Positions 38,462 to 47,923 of a DNA stretch of 64,000 nucleotides are shown here, piece by piece. The notes below the pieces were generated by a model. That model was not told the origin of the DNA. It saw only the letters and a list, made by a program, of their open reading frames with translations, and did not search any database. A program made the translations under genes and the position numbers. Numbering within the stretch: the stretch's first letter is position 1; the number at the start of each line of letters is the position of its first letter. Source of the stretch: Candidatus Giovannonibacteria bacterium (lineage in GTDB: Bacteria > Patescibacteriota > Minisyncoccia > UBA11713 > 2-01-FULL-45-33); NCBI GenBank assembly GCA_016432405.1, contig CP066687.1, positions 586,629-650,628 on the forward strand. Direction: 5' to 3'.

Positions 38462-39683
38462 AATTTTTCAAAATCTTATCTATTTTTTGAGCGATTTTTT
38501 TCATGTCTTCTTCTTTCATCCCTTGAGTAGTTACGGTGGCAGCGCCAATGCGGATGCCGGATGGGTCAAAGGGAGAACGGGTGTCGTAGGGAATCGTGTT
38601 TTTGTTCACGATGATTTTTTTTGCCTCCAAAAGCTCTTGCGCGGTTTTGCCGGAAAGCCCACTTGCCCAAGTGTCCACCAAAAATAAATGCGAATCCGTG
38701 CCGCCGGAAATTATCCGCCAGCCGCGCCTTTGAAGCTCGCGCGCCAAAGCTCGCGCGTTTCTCACAACTTGCCTAGCATATTTTTTAAAATTCGGGTTCA
38801 TTGCTTCTTTCAGGCAAACAGCCACTGCCGCAATCTGATTTTCGTGCGGCCCGCCTTGTAAACCCGGGAAAACTGCTTTATCTATTAAATCGCTTATTGA
38901 AAACCTCCCCTTTATCCCCTCCTTGGTAATGAGGGGAGGGGGGAGGTATACATCTCTTCTTGAAAAAATTATCGCGCTTCTCGGCCCGCGCAAGGTCTTG
39001 TGCGTTGTTGTTGTAACAACATCCGCGTATTTGAATGGCGAGGGATATACTCCGCCGGCAACGAGCCCAGCGAAATGCGACATATCCACCATTAAAAGCG
39101 CTTTCACCTCGTCGCAAATTTTTCTCAATTTTTTAAAATCAATAACTTGCGAATAAGCCGTAAATCCGGCGACTATCATTTTTGGTTTCGCGCGGCGTGC
39201 CGTTCTGCGGATTTCATCGTAATCCAAAAGTTCCGTTTTTTTTGAAACGCCAAAATGAATCCAATTCCAAAGTTTTCCGGTCGCCGAAACTTTATGCCCA
39301 TGCGTCAAATGCCCGCCCATTGAAAGCGACATTCCCATAATCTTCCCACCCAAAGGAACAAGTGCCAGGTATACAGCAAGATTTGCCGGCGAGCCAGAAT
39401 ACGGTTGGACATTAACGGACCATCCGCCGGCTGGCGGATTTAGAGATAATTTGAAAAGTTTTAGCGCCCGTTCCTTCGCCAAATTTTCAACTTTGTCTAC
39501 AATTTCATTTCCGCCGTAATACCTTTTACCCGGATATCCCTCGGCATATTTGTTTGTAAAAACAGAGCCCAGCGCCCGCAAAACATCTTTTGAAACATAA
39601 TTTTCAGACGCGATTAAATTAATCACGCCGCGCTGTCGTTTCTCCTCCAGTTTTATTAAGCGTTCTATCTCTTTATCTTTCAT
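38451..39683 (-). CDS. glyA: Serine hydroxymethyltransferase
   Basis: LIASEN, NKYAEGYPGKRYYGG, GGHLTHG, TTTHKTLRGPR. Confidence 0.97.
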   Translation of the reverse strand: MKDKEIERLIKLEEKRQRGVINLIASENYVSKDVLRALGSVFTNKYAEGYPGKRYYGGNEIVDKVENLAKERALKLFKLSLNPPAGGWSVNVQPYSGSPANLAVYLALVPLGGKIMGMSLSMGGHLTHGHKVSATGKLWNWIHFGVSKKTELLDYDEIRRTARRAKPKMIVAGFTAYSQVIDFKKLRKICDEVKALLMVDMSHFAGLVAGGVYPSPFKYADVVTTTTHKTLRGPRSAIIFSRRDVYLPPPLITKEGIKGRFSISDLIDKAVFPGLQGGPHENQIAAVAVCLKEAMNPNFKKYARQVVRNARALARELQRRGWRIISGGTDSHLFLVDTWASGLSGKTAQELLEAKKIIVNKNTIPYDTRSPFDPSGIRIGAATVTTQGMKEEDMKKIAQKIDKILKNYDY

Positions 39684-42619
39684 ATCACAAAATTTATAAG
39701 CCGTTTTGGGACAAAAATAATTTTACTCGGCTTCTTATCGCCCAAAATAAATTTAACTTTTGCGCGAGATAAAGACAAGCGCTCTGCCTCGGCTTCCGTG
39801 ATATTCACAGGCGCATCAAACTTGTCGCGTACCTTGCCGTTGATTTGGACGATCAGTTGGAAAGTGTTTTCTTGAATTAATTTCGCGTCATATTTTGGCC
39901 ATTCTTCAAGATGAATAGATTTTTTATTGCCGAGCTTTGACCAAATTTCTTCAGTAAGATGCGGAGCGAAAGGAGCGAGAAGTTTGAGAAAATAATAAAA
40001 TTCATTTTCAAAAACATCTCCTGTATGCTCATAACTCTCAAGCTCATACGACAAAACCATTAAATGAGAAATTGCCGTATTAAAATGGAATCCATCTATA
40101 TCCTCGCTTACCTTTTTTATGGCCTTATGAATGCTTCGTTGTATTGATTTAGTAGTTTGTTCATGATCGAATGGAAGATGTTCTTTAAGCATTTCTTCTC
40201 GGCTTTTGAATTTCTTTTTACTTATCTTATCGGCTAAGGAAAGAACTTTATTATCCAAAAATCTTTTAATTCCTAGAATCCCTTGCGGATTCCAAGGATA
40301 CGAGCCGGCTTCGTTATACGGGCCGATAAACGCCAAATACATCCGTACCGTGTCCGCGCCAAATTTGGCGACATATTCGTCCGGGTCAACCACGTTGCCT
40401 TTTGATTTGGACATTTTCTGTCCGTCCGGCCCTAAAATAATCCCGCGGTTTCTTCTTTCTTTGTACGGCTCATCCCCAAGCTCTTTGGGGATTAGCCCTA
40501 AATCGTACATCGCCTTATAAAAAAATCTGGAATACAAAAGATGCATAGTCGTATGCTCCGCGCCTCCGGAATATAAATCCACCGGCATCCAGTCTGCTGC
40601 CCTGAGCTTATCGAAGGGCTTCCTGCTGTTGTTTGGATCCGTATATCTCAAAAAATACCATGATGAATCAACAAAAGTATCCAGCGTATCGGTTTCGCGC
40701 TCGGCCTCGCCACCGCATTTCGGGCATTTCATTCTTAACCATTTTTCGGCTTTAGCTAAAGGAGATTTTCCTTCTCCGGTCGGCAGATAATCTTTGATTT
40801 CCGGCAATAAAACCGGCAAGTCCTTTTCCGGCGCGGCAACCGCGCCGCATTTTTCGCAATGAATTATCGGGATCGGCACTCCCCAATAACGCTGGCGCGA
40901 CACAACCCAATCCCGAAGTTTGTATTGCGTTTTGATTTGTCCACCAACAAACTTTGTAATTTCCAATTTTGCTTCTTCAGAATCTAGATTAGAAAATTTA
41001 CCAGAATCAATTAATTTTCCTCCGCCCAGCCAGATATAACTATCGCTTTTTAATCTCTCCCAAAACATTTCTGAATATCGAGAATCGCCAGCAACAGAAC
41101 CTTTTTTCAGAAACGGCAACACATCTTTTTCATTGACCCACAAGATATCATGCTTCTTGTATTCTTCATCTGACACAACTCCTTGCGTGCCGTCAATAAG
41201 CTCCAAATACATACCATATCCAAAAACATGCTGGTTTAAGTGCTTATGTGGAGCGTAAAAATCAGAAATATTTGGCCCACCAAGATATTTTACAAAACGA
41301 ACTTTTGTATATCCAGTTTCTTCTTTTATTTCCCGAATCATCGCATTTACATAATCTTCATTGGGTTCAACACCCCCAGTAATGAATCCGGTCCAACCAT
41401 TTTTCCAATCAAGCATCAAATATTTATTTTCAGACCAGTGCTTAACAATTCCAACCCCAATAATTCTATTTTTAGTTTCAACTTCAGATCGCGGTTTGCT
41501 ATTTTTAGTTGTGTCCAGAAAATATGGGGCGATAACATATTTCACCGGGATTTTAAACTTATTGGCAAACTCAAAATCGCGCTGGTCGTGCGCGGGGACG
41601 GCCATAATCGCGCCGGTTCCGTAACCCATAAGCACATAATCTGCGATCCAAATGGGAATTTCTTCTTGGTTTACGGGGTTAATTGCTTTGACACCCTTTA
41701 ATTCAACTCCCGTCTTTTCTTTTTCTTCTTTTTGCCTTTGCAGCTGTGTCTTTTGCTTGGCTTTCTTAATATACATTTGGACTTCGTCCCAATTTTCAAT
41801 TTTCAATTTCAAATTTTCAATTAAGGAATGTTCCGGCGCCAATACCATATAAGTCGCCCCGAAAAGCGTATCGGGACGAGTGGTAAAAACTTTAATTGAA
41901 AATTGAGAATTAGAAATTGAAAATTTTATCTCTGTGCCCTCCGACTTTCCTATCCAATTTTTTTGGGCTTCTTTGATTTCTTCTTTCCAGTTTAATTTTT
42001 CAAGACCAGCCAAAAGTTTTTCGGCGTAATCGGTAATTTTAAGCATCCATTGCTTCATATTTTTTTGCACAACCTCCGAGCCGCACCTTTCGCACTTTCC
42101 GCCAACTACCTGCTCGTTTGCGAGCACGGTTTTATCTTTTGGGCACCAGTTTACCGGCGTCTCCGCCTGGTACGCCAGCCCTTTTTCAAAAAGTTTTAAA
42201 AAAATCCACTGGGTCCATTTGTAATATTCAGGGTCGGAAGTAATAACTTCGCGGGCCCAATCAAAAGACGCGCCCATGGACTTAATTTGCTTCCGCATAT
42301 AATCAATATTTTCATAAGTCCATTTTTTGGGGTTAATTTTCCGCTGGATGGCGGCGTTTTCCGCCGGAAGACCGAAGGCGTCAAAACCGATCGGGAATAA
42401 AACATTTTTCCCCTCCATCCTTTTTTTCCGCGCGAAAATATCCGGCACGGAAAAAGCGTACCAATGGCCGGTATGGAGATTCCCCGAAGGATATGGAAAC
42501 TCTACTAAAGCATAAAAATTATCAGCTCCGTTTTTTTTGTCGGGCGTTTTATAAATCCCCGATTTTTCCCACTCCTTTTGCCATTTCTTCTCTATTTTTT
42601 TATGGTCATAGGAAGCCAT
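39680..42619 (-). CDS. leuS: Leucyl-tRNA synthetase with inserted NUDIX domain
   Basis: FPYPSGNLHTGH, FTTRPDT, KMSKS; NUDIX box GGVE...REIKEETG; start 42619 or 42628. Confidence 0.96.
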   Translation of the reverse strand: MASYDHKKIEKKWQKEWEKSGIYKTPDKKNGADNFYALVEFPYPSGNLHTGHWYAFSVPDIFARKKRMEGKNVLFPIGFDAFGLPAENAAIQRKINPKKWTYENIDYMRKQIKSMGASFDWAREVITSDPEYYKWTQWIFLKLFEKGLAYQAETPVNWCPKDKTVLANEQVVGGKCERCGSEVVQKNMKQWMLKITDYAEKLLAGLEKLNWKEEIKEAQKNWIGKSEGTEIKFSISNSQFSIKVFTTRPDTLFGATYMVLAPEHSLIENLKLKIENWDEVQMYIKKAKQKTQLQRQKEEKEKTGVELKGVKAINPVNQEEIPIWIADYVLMGYGTGAIMAVPAHDQRDFEFANKFKIPVKYVIAPYFLDTTKNSKPRSEVETKNRIIGVGIVKHWSENKYLMLDWKNGWTGFITGGVEPNEDYVNAMIREIKEETGYTKVRFVKYLGGPNISDFYAPHKHLNQHVFGYGMYLELIDGTQGVVSDEEYKKHDILWVNEKDVLPFLKKGSVAGDSRYSEMFWERLKSDSYIWLGGGKLIDSGKFSNLDSEEAKLEITKFVGGQIKTQYKLRDWVVSRQRYWGVPIPIIHCEKCGAVAAPEKDLPVLLPEIKDYLPTGEGKSPLAKAEKWLRMKCPKCGGEAERETDTLDTFVDSSWYFLRYTDPNNSRKPFDKLRAADWMPVDLYSGGAEHTTMHLLYSRFFYKAMYDLGLIPKELGDEPYKERRNRGIILGPDGQKMSKSKGNVVDPDEYVAKFGADTVRMYLAFIGPYNEAGSYPWNPQGILGIKRFLDNKVLSLADKISKKKFKSREEMLKEHLPFDHEQTTKSIQRSIHKAIKKVSEDIDGFHFNTAISHLMVLSYELESYEHTGDVFENEFYYFLKLLAPFAPHLTEEIWSKLGNKKSIHLEEWPKYDAKLIQENTFQLIVQINGKVRDKFDAPVNITEAEAERLSLSRAKVKFILGDKKPSKIIFVPKRLINFVI

Positions 42620-42640
42620 ATTGGCCATTATACCTATTTT

Positions 42641-43411
42641 TTATCTTAATCCAAAAATCTTTATAGCGTTTTTTGTTGTAACTCCGGCAACTTTTTCAAA
42701 ATCTTTGCCCAAAATCTTAGCGATTTTTTGAGCGACTTCCTCCACATACAACGGCTCATTTCTCTGCCCCCGATGAGCCGTTGGGGCGACGTACGGCGAG
42801 TCGGTTTCCAAAAGAATGCGGTCTAACGGAATAAATTTGATCAATTTTTCGTACTCGCGGGCAAATGTAATCACTCCGCCGAAAGAAAAAGAAAATCCCA
42901 AGTCCATAAGCTTTTCGGCGTCTTCTATTGTGCCGGAAAAAAAATGGCAAACACCGGGGGAGATTAGCCTCCCCACATTATCTTTAAGTATTGCGATCAA
43001 ATCAGAAAATGCTTCTCTACAATGGATCATCAGCGGCTTTTTAATTTCGCGCGCAAGCCGGATATGCTTTATAAAAACTTCTTTTTGCTTTTCTTTTGTT
43101 TCCTCGGTCAAGCGGTAATAATCCAGCCCACACTCTCCTATCGCCACGATTTTGGAATCCGCAGCCAACTTTTTATAAAAATCATAATTAAATTCCTCGC
43201 GGATTTCAGTCGGATGGAGCCCGGCTGTCGCGAAAACCCCCGGCTCATATTTATGAGCTAAACCGACCGCTGCTTCGGACATGCGCCAGTCCGTGCCAAT
43301 ATTCACCATCCAAATACCCGCATCCAGCGCGCGGCGGATAACGGCGTCGCGGTCGCCGTCAAACGCCGAAAATTGCGCGTGGGTATGGACATCGATTAAG
43401 CGCGGGGTCAT
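42641..43411 (-). CDS. tatD: TatD family nuclease
   Basis: DVHTH, GLHP, IGECGLDY, IHCR, LETDSPY. Confidence 0.93.
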   Translation of the reverse strand: MTPRLIDVHTHAQFSAFDGDRDAVIRRALDAGIWMVNIGTDWRMSEAAVGLAHKYEPGVFATAGLHPTEIREEFNYDFYKKLAADSKIVAIGECGLDYYRLTEETKEKQKEVFIKHIRLAREIKKPLMIHCREAFSDLIAILKDNVGRLISPGVCHFFSGTIEDAEKLMDLGFSFSFGGVITFAREYEKLIKFIPLDRILLETDSPYVAPTAHRGQRNEPLYVEEVAQKIAKILGKDFEKVAGVTTKNAIKIFGLR

Positions 43412-44973
43412 TTTTTTAGCCGCGGGAAGAGATGAGCAGCTTCTCCCACTCTAAATTCGCTCCAGCCCTTGTCTAATTTTCCATCCGCGCCCAAAGTTTT
43501 TAAAATTTTCTCCGCGGTATCGGGCAAAAAGGGCCTCATCATCCAAGCACAGGACGCCAAAGAATACGCCAGATGCCACAAGACGGCTTTAGCTCCTTCC
43601 GGGTCAGATTTTAATTTTTTGTACGGCTTATATTCTTCCACATATTCATCCATCCTCCCCAAAAATATCCAAACGGTTTTTATCGCCTGCGAAATATCGT
43701 AGGACTCCATCGCTTTTTTGTACGCCGGCCAAAGCATGCCGTCCACGACGGATGCCGGAGTGGTTTCCTCAAAAGCAAATTTCGCGGCGTCGCTTGCCAG
43801 AAAATTCAAATTTTTCTTCAAGGGATAATTGGCCAACTTAGATTCTTCCGGTTTGATAACCGCCGGGAAAGTGCTCAACATTTTTGCTACTCTGGAGAGC
43901 AGGTTACCAAGCCCGTTCACTAAAAAGCCGTCGTAAACGCTTTCAAAATGCTCCGGCGAGTAATCACTGTCGCTGAAAGTTGAAATTTCATGCGCCAGAT
44001 AAAATCTCACCGCCTCCGCCCCGTACTCCTCAATCAAAGGAAACGGGTCAATCACATTGCCGACACTTTTGGACATTTTTTCGCCTTTTACGTTAATAAA
44101 TCCGTGCACGAAAATGGTTTTAGGGAGCAAAAGCCCCGCCGACATCAGCATCGCCGGCCAAAAAATCGTGTGGAACTTAACAATATCTTTGCCGATGACG
44201 TGGACATCGGCAGGCCAATATTTCTCAAACCTCCCATCTTCTCCGCCGTACCCCAACGCCGTAATATAATTCGGCAAGGCGTCGCACCAAACATACATCG
44301 TCTGCGAAGTGTCCCCCGGCACCGGCACGCCCCACAAAATATCTTTGGATGGGCGTGAGAAACTTATGTCGCCGATTTCCTCCAGCATATTAAGCGTTTC
44401 TGTTTTGCGCCAATCCGGCAAAATTTGAAGCTCGCCGGATTCAATTTTTTTCTTGAGCGTTTCTTTATATTTCGTGAGTTTAAAAAAATAATTTTCTTCC
44501 TCCACCGCTTCCGGCGGTTTTTTGTGCAACTCGCAAACCCCGTCTTTTAAATCCTTTTCCGTAACAAACGCCTCATGGCCCACGCAGTAAAGCCCCTTAT
44601 AAAAACTTTTATAGATATCGCCGGAGCCGGCAAGTTTTTTCCAAAGAAGCTGCGCGCCCGGCCAGTGCCGTTTTTGGTCGGAAGTGTGGATAAAATCATC
44701 GTTGGAAATGTTAAGCTTGCCCAGCAAATCCTGAAAAATTTCGGCCAGGCCATCAACAAATTCTTTAGGCGTTTTCCCGGCCGCCTCCGCCGCTCTCATA
44801 ACTTTAGCGCCATGTTCGTCAGCTCCGGAAAGAAAAAACACGTCTTTTCCCGAAAGCCGGTTGTATCTTGCCAAAGTGTCCGCCTGCAGCGCTTCCAGCG
44901 CGAACCCCAGATGCGGCGGGGCGTTGAGATAAGGGATAGAAGTTGTAATATAAAATTTTTCTTTCTCCGGCAT
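43408..44973 (-). CDS. metG: Methionyl-tRNA synthetase (short form)
   Basis: FYITTSIPY.N..PHLG, DEHG.K, YVWCDAL, KMSKS. Confidence 0.95.
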   Translation of the reverse strand: MPEKEKFYITTSIPYLNAPPHLGFALEALQADTLARYNRLSGKDVFFLSGADEHGAKVMRAAEAAGKTPKEFVDGLAEIFQDLLGKLNISNDDFIHTSDQKRHWPGAQLLWKKLAGSGDIYKSFYKGLYCVGHEAFVTEKDLKDGVCELHKKPPEAVEEENYFFKLTKYKETLKKKIESGELQILPDWRKTETLNMLEEIGDISFSRPSKDILWGVPVPGDTSQTMYVWCDALPNYITALGYGGEDGRFEKYWPADVHVIGKDIVKFHTIFWPAMLMSAGLLLPKTIFVHGFINVKGEKMSKSVGNVIDPFPLIEEYGAEAVRFYLAHEISTFSDSDYSPEHFESVYDGFLVNGLGNLLSRVAKMLSTFPAVIKPEESKLANYPLKKNLNFLASDAAKFAFEETTPASVVDGMLWPAYKKAMESYDISQAIKTVWIFLGRMDEYVEEYKPYKKLKSDPEGAKAVLWHLAYSLASCAWMMRPFLPDTAEKILKTLGADGKLDKGWSEFRVGEAAHLFPRLKK

Positions 44974-44977
44974 CAGT

Positions 44978-46018
44978 TTATCTTGGCCTGGCTTTTTTCG
45001 CCGCGACATCGTTTAAAAACTCAACCAGCACCGAAGCTATCGGCACGGAGAGAATTATGCCGTAAAATCCGCCCAAGGTGCCGCCGACCACCAGAGAAAT
45101 CACGACCAAAAGCGGCGGGACGCCGATGGTTTTTCGGACGACCAGAGGATAAATAAGATGGTTTTCAAACTGCTGGACGATTATAAAAAGCCCCAAAACC
45201 ATGAGCCCGGAAAGGGGCGCTTGTATAAATGCTATGGCAACCGCAGGGATGGCCGCCATCACCGGCCCGAAAACCGGGATTATTTCAAAAATCGCCGCAA
45301 GTATGGCCAGAGAAATTGCGTATTTGACGTTTAAAATCGTAAGCCCCAAAAATACCATAACCCCCACCAAAACGCCGAGTAAAATCTGCCCCTGGAGCCA
45401 CCTGCCTATTTTTCTTTGGGACCTCCGCCAAAGGTCCAAAATGTATTCTTCGTCTTCCAAGGGAGTTACGACGCGTAAAAAATTTTCTATGCCGTGCTCC
45501 TGCACGGACAAATAAAAAGAGATTACTATAAGCAAAACCAGCGACAAAATCCCGCCGAACAAAGCCGTGCCCGCGGAAAAAACCCCCGGCGCCAGCTCAA
45601 TAATATATTCTTCAATAGAAACCGCCGCGCCCGCCACAAATTTGCTGAACTCCTGCGGGATTTCCGGGAAAAGCAGGAAAAATGTTCCGCGCGGACCGAC
45701 GGCTCCTTCTATGTAAGCAGGAAGCGCGGAGAGAAATTCCAAAATGTCGCCGAAGAGCGGCGGAACGATTAAATAAAACACCAGCGCGAATGTCAAAAAC
45801 GCCGCCAAGTATATGAAAACTACGGAAAGCACGCGGGGGGCGCGGTATCTCGCGAAGAAATGATTCGCCGGCTCAATGGCGGAAGCAATAACTATGGAAA
45901 GCAAAAGCACCGCGATAAAATCGCGCAATAACCAAAGCGCCCACAAAAGCAAAACCAAAAGCGCGGCCTTAAGCATCGTCCAAAAGGAAATTTCTATGAT
46001 TTGGTTTTTCTGCGGCAT
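44978..46018 (-). CDS. AI-2E family transporter
   Basis: Multi-TM, IPVFGP, QQFENH..YP. Confidence 0.88.
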   Translation of the reverse strand: MPQKNQIIEISFWTMLKAALLVLLLWALWLLRDFIAVLLLSIVIASAIEPANHFFARYRAPRVLSVVFIYLAAFLTFALVFYLIVPPLFGDILEFLSALPAYIEGAVGPRGTFFLLFPEIPQEFSKFVAGAAVSIEEYIIELAPGVFSAGTALFGGILSLVLLIVISFYLSVQEHGIENFLRVVTPLEDEEYILDLWRRSQRKIGRWLQGQILLGVLVGVMVFLGLTILNVKYAISLAILAAIFEIIPVFGPVMAAIPAVAIAFIQAPLSGLMVLGLFIIVQQFENHLIYPLVVRKTIGVPPLLVVISLVVGGTLGGFYGIILSVPIASVLVEFLNDVAAKKARPR

Positions 46019-46020
46019 GG

Positions 46021-47292
46021 CTAAAGCGTGTTTAAAACTTTCTCAAAATCAGCCGTATTTTCTTCGGGGGTAATGGCGGCAAGATTGACTTTCTCGCGCC
46101 TGAAAACGTCCCTTACTACTCCCATGATATCACTTCTCCTTACTTTCTCAATTTTCGCCAAAATCTCCTGCGGCGTCATTATCTTATTATAAAAAAGTTC
46201 CTGCGAGGCCAAAAAGGTGGCAACCTCGTCAGTGGACTCAAATGCAAGTGACATGGAGCCGCGGGCGTATTCCTTGGCAAAGTTTATTTCCCGTTCCGTC
46301 ACTCCTCTTGCTTTCAGGTGCTTCAAAATACCAACTATTTTCTTAACCGTCTTTAAAAAATTCGCGTGGGCCACCCCGGCCGTAGCCAGCAAATACCCCG
46401 TGTCCGTGGCTTCGTCGGGAGAAGCGCCTACGTAATAAGCTAATCCTGCTTTTTCACGAATTTCCCTAAACAAGTAACTGGACATGTTACCGCCAAAAAT
46501 CGTTGTCAGAACCTGAAGAGCGTATCTCTTCTCGTCGTACATATCATAAGCCCGCAAAGCAAGGCGGAGGTGCGTTTGGTCAACATCTTTTTTCTTGAAT
46601 TCCACGGCGGGTTTTTTTTGGCGCTCAAAAACTTTTTCTTTGCGCAATTTTCTTGCTTGGGGCATTTTTAAAAACGCTTTTTCAACTTTTTTGAAAACCG
46701 CGTCCGGCTCCACATTGCCAGCAACGGCGATCACGGCGTTGGAAGTAATATAGTGGCTTTTTTTGTAATTAATAATATCCTCGCGCGAAATTCCTTTCAC
46801 CGTATTTGGCGTGCCAGCGATATCCCATCCCGCCGGCTGGTCGCCATAAAGCAGTTCCTCAATAAGCTCATAGGCCTGGCGCTGGGGGTTGTCTTCATAC
46901 ATTGCGATTTCCTGCAATACGACTCCCCTTTCTTTTTCAATCTCCGTTTTTTTAAAAATCGGCTCAATTAAAATATCCGAAACAATATCCAGTCCGATAT
47001 CAAAGTGTTTGGCGGACGCTTTTACGTAGTATCCAGTATATTCCTTAGAGGTAAATGCGTTTTTTTGAGCGCCGATGCGGTCAAATTCGCGGGAAATTTG
47101 ATCTGGAGTCGGCCTGCTTTTTGTGCCTTTAAAAAACAGGTGCTCCAAAAAATGCGAGATGCCGTTGATTTTTTTTGTCTCGTATTTGGAGCCCGTCCCG
47201 AAAAGCGCCCACAATGTCACCGCCTCGGTGTCCTTCATCGGCGCCACCACGCACCGCAGCCCGTTTTTGAAAGTTCTCTTCTCAAACTTCAT
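46021..47292 (-). CDS. M16 family zinc peptidase
   Basis: HFLEH, NAFTS, SS.LFREIREK.GL.Y. Confidence 0.93.
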   Translation of the reverse strand: MKFEKRTFKNGLRCVVAPMKDTEAVTLWALFGTGSKYETKKINGISHFLEHLFFKGTKSRPTPDQISREFDRIGAQKNAFTSKEYTGYYVKASAKHFDIGLDIVSDILIEPIFKKTEIEKERGVVLQEIAMYEDNPQRQAYELIEELLYGDQPAGWDIAGTPNTVKGISREDIINYKKSHYITSNAVIAVAGNVEPDAVFKKVEKAFLKMPQARKLRKEKVFERQKKPAVEFKKKDVDQTHLRLALRAYDMYDEKRYALQVLTTIFGGNMSSYLFREIREKAGLAYYVGASPDEATDTGYLLATAGVAHANFLKTVKKIVGILKHLKARGVTEREINFAKEYARGSMSLAFESTDEVATFLASQELFYNKIMTPQEILAKIEKVRRSDIMGVVRDVFRREKVNLAAITPEENTADFEKVLNTL

Positions 47293-47317
47293 TCTTTAAA
47301 TTCTAACACAAAATTAT

Positions 47318-47346
47318 AAAAACAATAAGGGCGAGTCTCGCCCTTA
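47318..47346 (-). terminator. Terminator hairpin, identical 29-bp copy at 47671-47699
   Basis: TAAGGGCGAG-T-CTCGCCCTTA with T tract on minus strand. Confidence 0.8.
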
Positions 47347-47367
47347 TTTATTTCTTTCAATTATCCT

Positions 47368-47529
47368 TTTATCTTTTTGGGGCGCCCTCGGGAATCAGTA
47401 AAAACAAATAGGTTATTAAACCCACAATCAATCCACACCGATCGCTACCCAAATCCCTTCGCTATGAAAATATGCCAATACCGCAACAAAAACGGCGGTG
47501 CCGAGCGCCCAACCCAATTTATTAAACAT
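47368..47529 (-). pseudogene. Small two-TM orphan, frameshifted
   Basis: SD AAGGAGG; MFNKLGWALGTAVFVAVLAYF...IGV then GLIVGLITYLFLLIPEGAPKR-stop in another frame. Confidence 0.55.
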
Positions 47530-47575
47530 TTGTCCTCCTTATCTGCACTAGCTCCACTTAAATTCTTATCTCTGT

Positions 47576-47629
47576 TTAAATTATAATCCCATCAAAATAC
47601 TTATCAAGCTCGGCAATTTTATGGCGTTC
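47576..47629 (-). repeat. Probable remnant earlier 3' end of the GlyRS gene (ERHKIAELDKYFDGIII-stop)
   Basis: Same register to stop as current end IRCSATGLDRYFEEMLR-stop; R, LD, YF shared. Confidence 0.55.
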
Positions 47630-47706
47630 TTAACAAAATGTGCCGATCGGTCAAGTTTGTTAAGTTATGAAAAAACAATAAGGGCGAGTCTCGCCCTTAG
47701 AATGCC

Positions 47707-47901
47707 TTAATTATCCTCTGGCGGGCTGTTTTTCGAAAGCTGAAGTTGCCTAGCCACCAATATACTAACAGCGCACAAAGCAAGAAAAATCATTGCGATT
47801 GCCCCAGGAGGACTCGCCAACGGAGCCTCTGGAGAATAAAGACATATATTAACCACGCTAACAAAAAAGACGATCGCAAGGATATAGAAAAATTTTATCA
47901 T
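47707..47901 (-). CDS. Small two-TM orphan
   Basis: SD GGAGG, 64 aa, followed by the duplicated terminator. Confidence 0.6.
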   Translation of the reverse strand: MIKFFYILAIVFFVSVVNICLYSPEAPLASPPGAIAMIFLALCAVSILVARQLQLSKNSPPEDN

Positions 47902-47923
47902 AAACTAGCCCTCCAATCTGAAT

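Noticed and set aside
47425-47435. TGA read as Gly (code 25) to rescue the small ORF
   Set aside because: TGA ends clear genes such as argS, glyA and metG; a frameshift explains the ORF better
47318-47699. Classical integron attC sites
   Set aside because: Hairpins are short perfect stems with T tracts, lack R-box/L-box structure, and no intI is in the window
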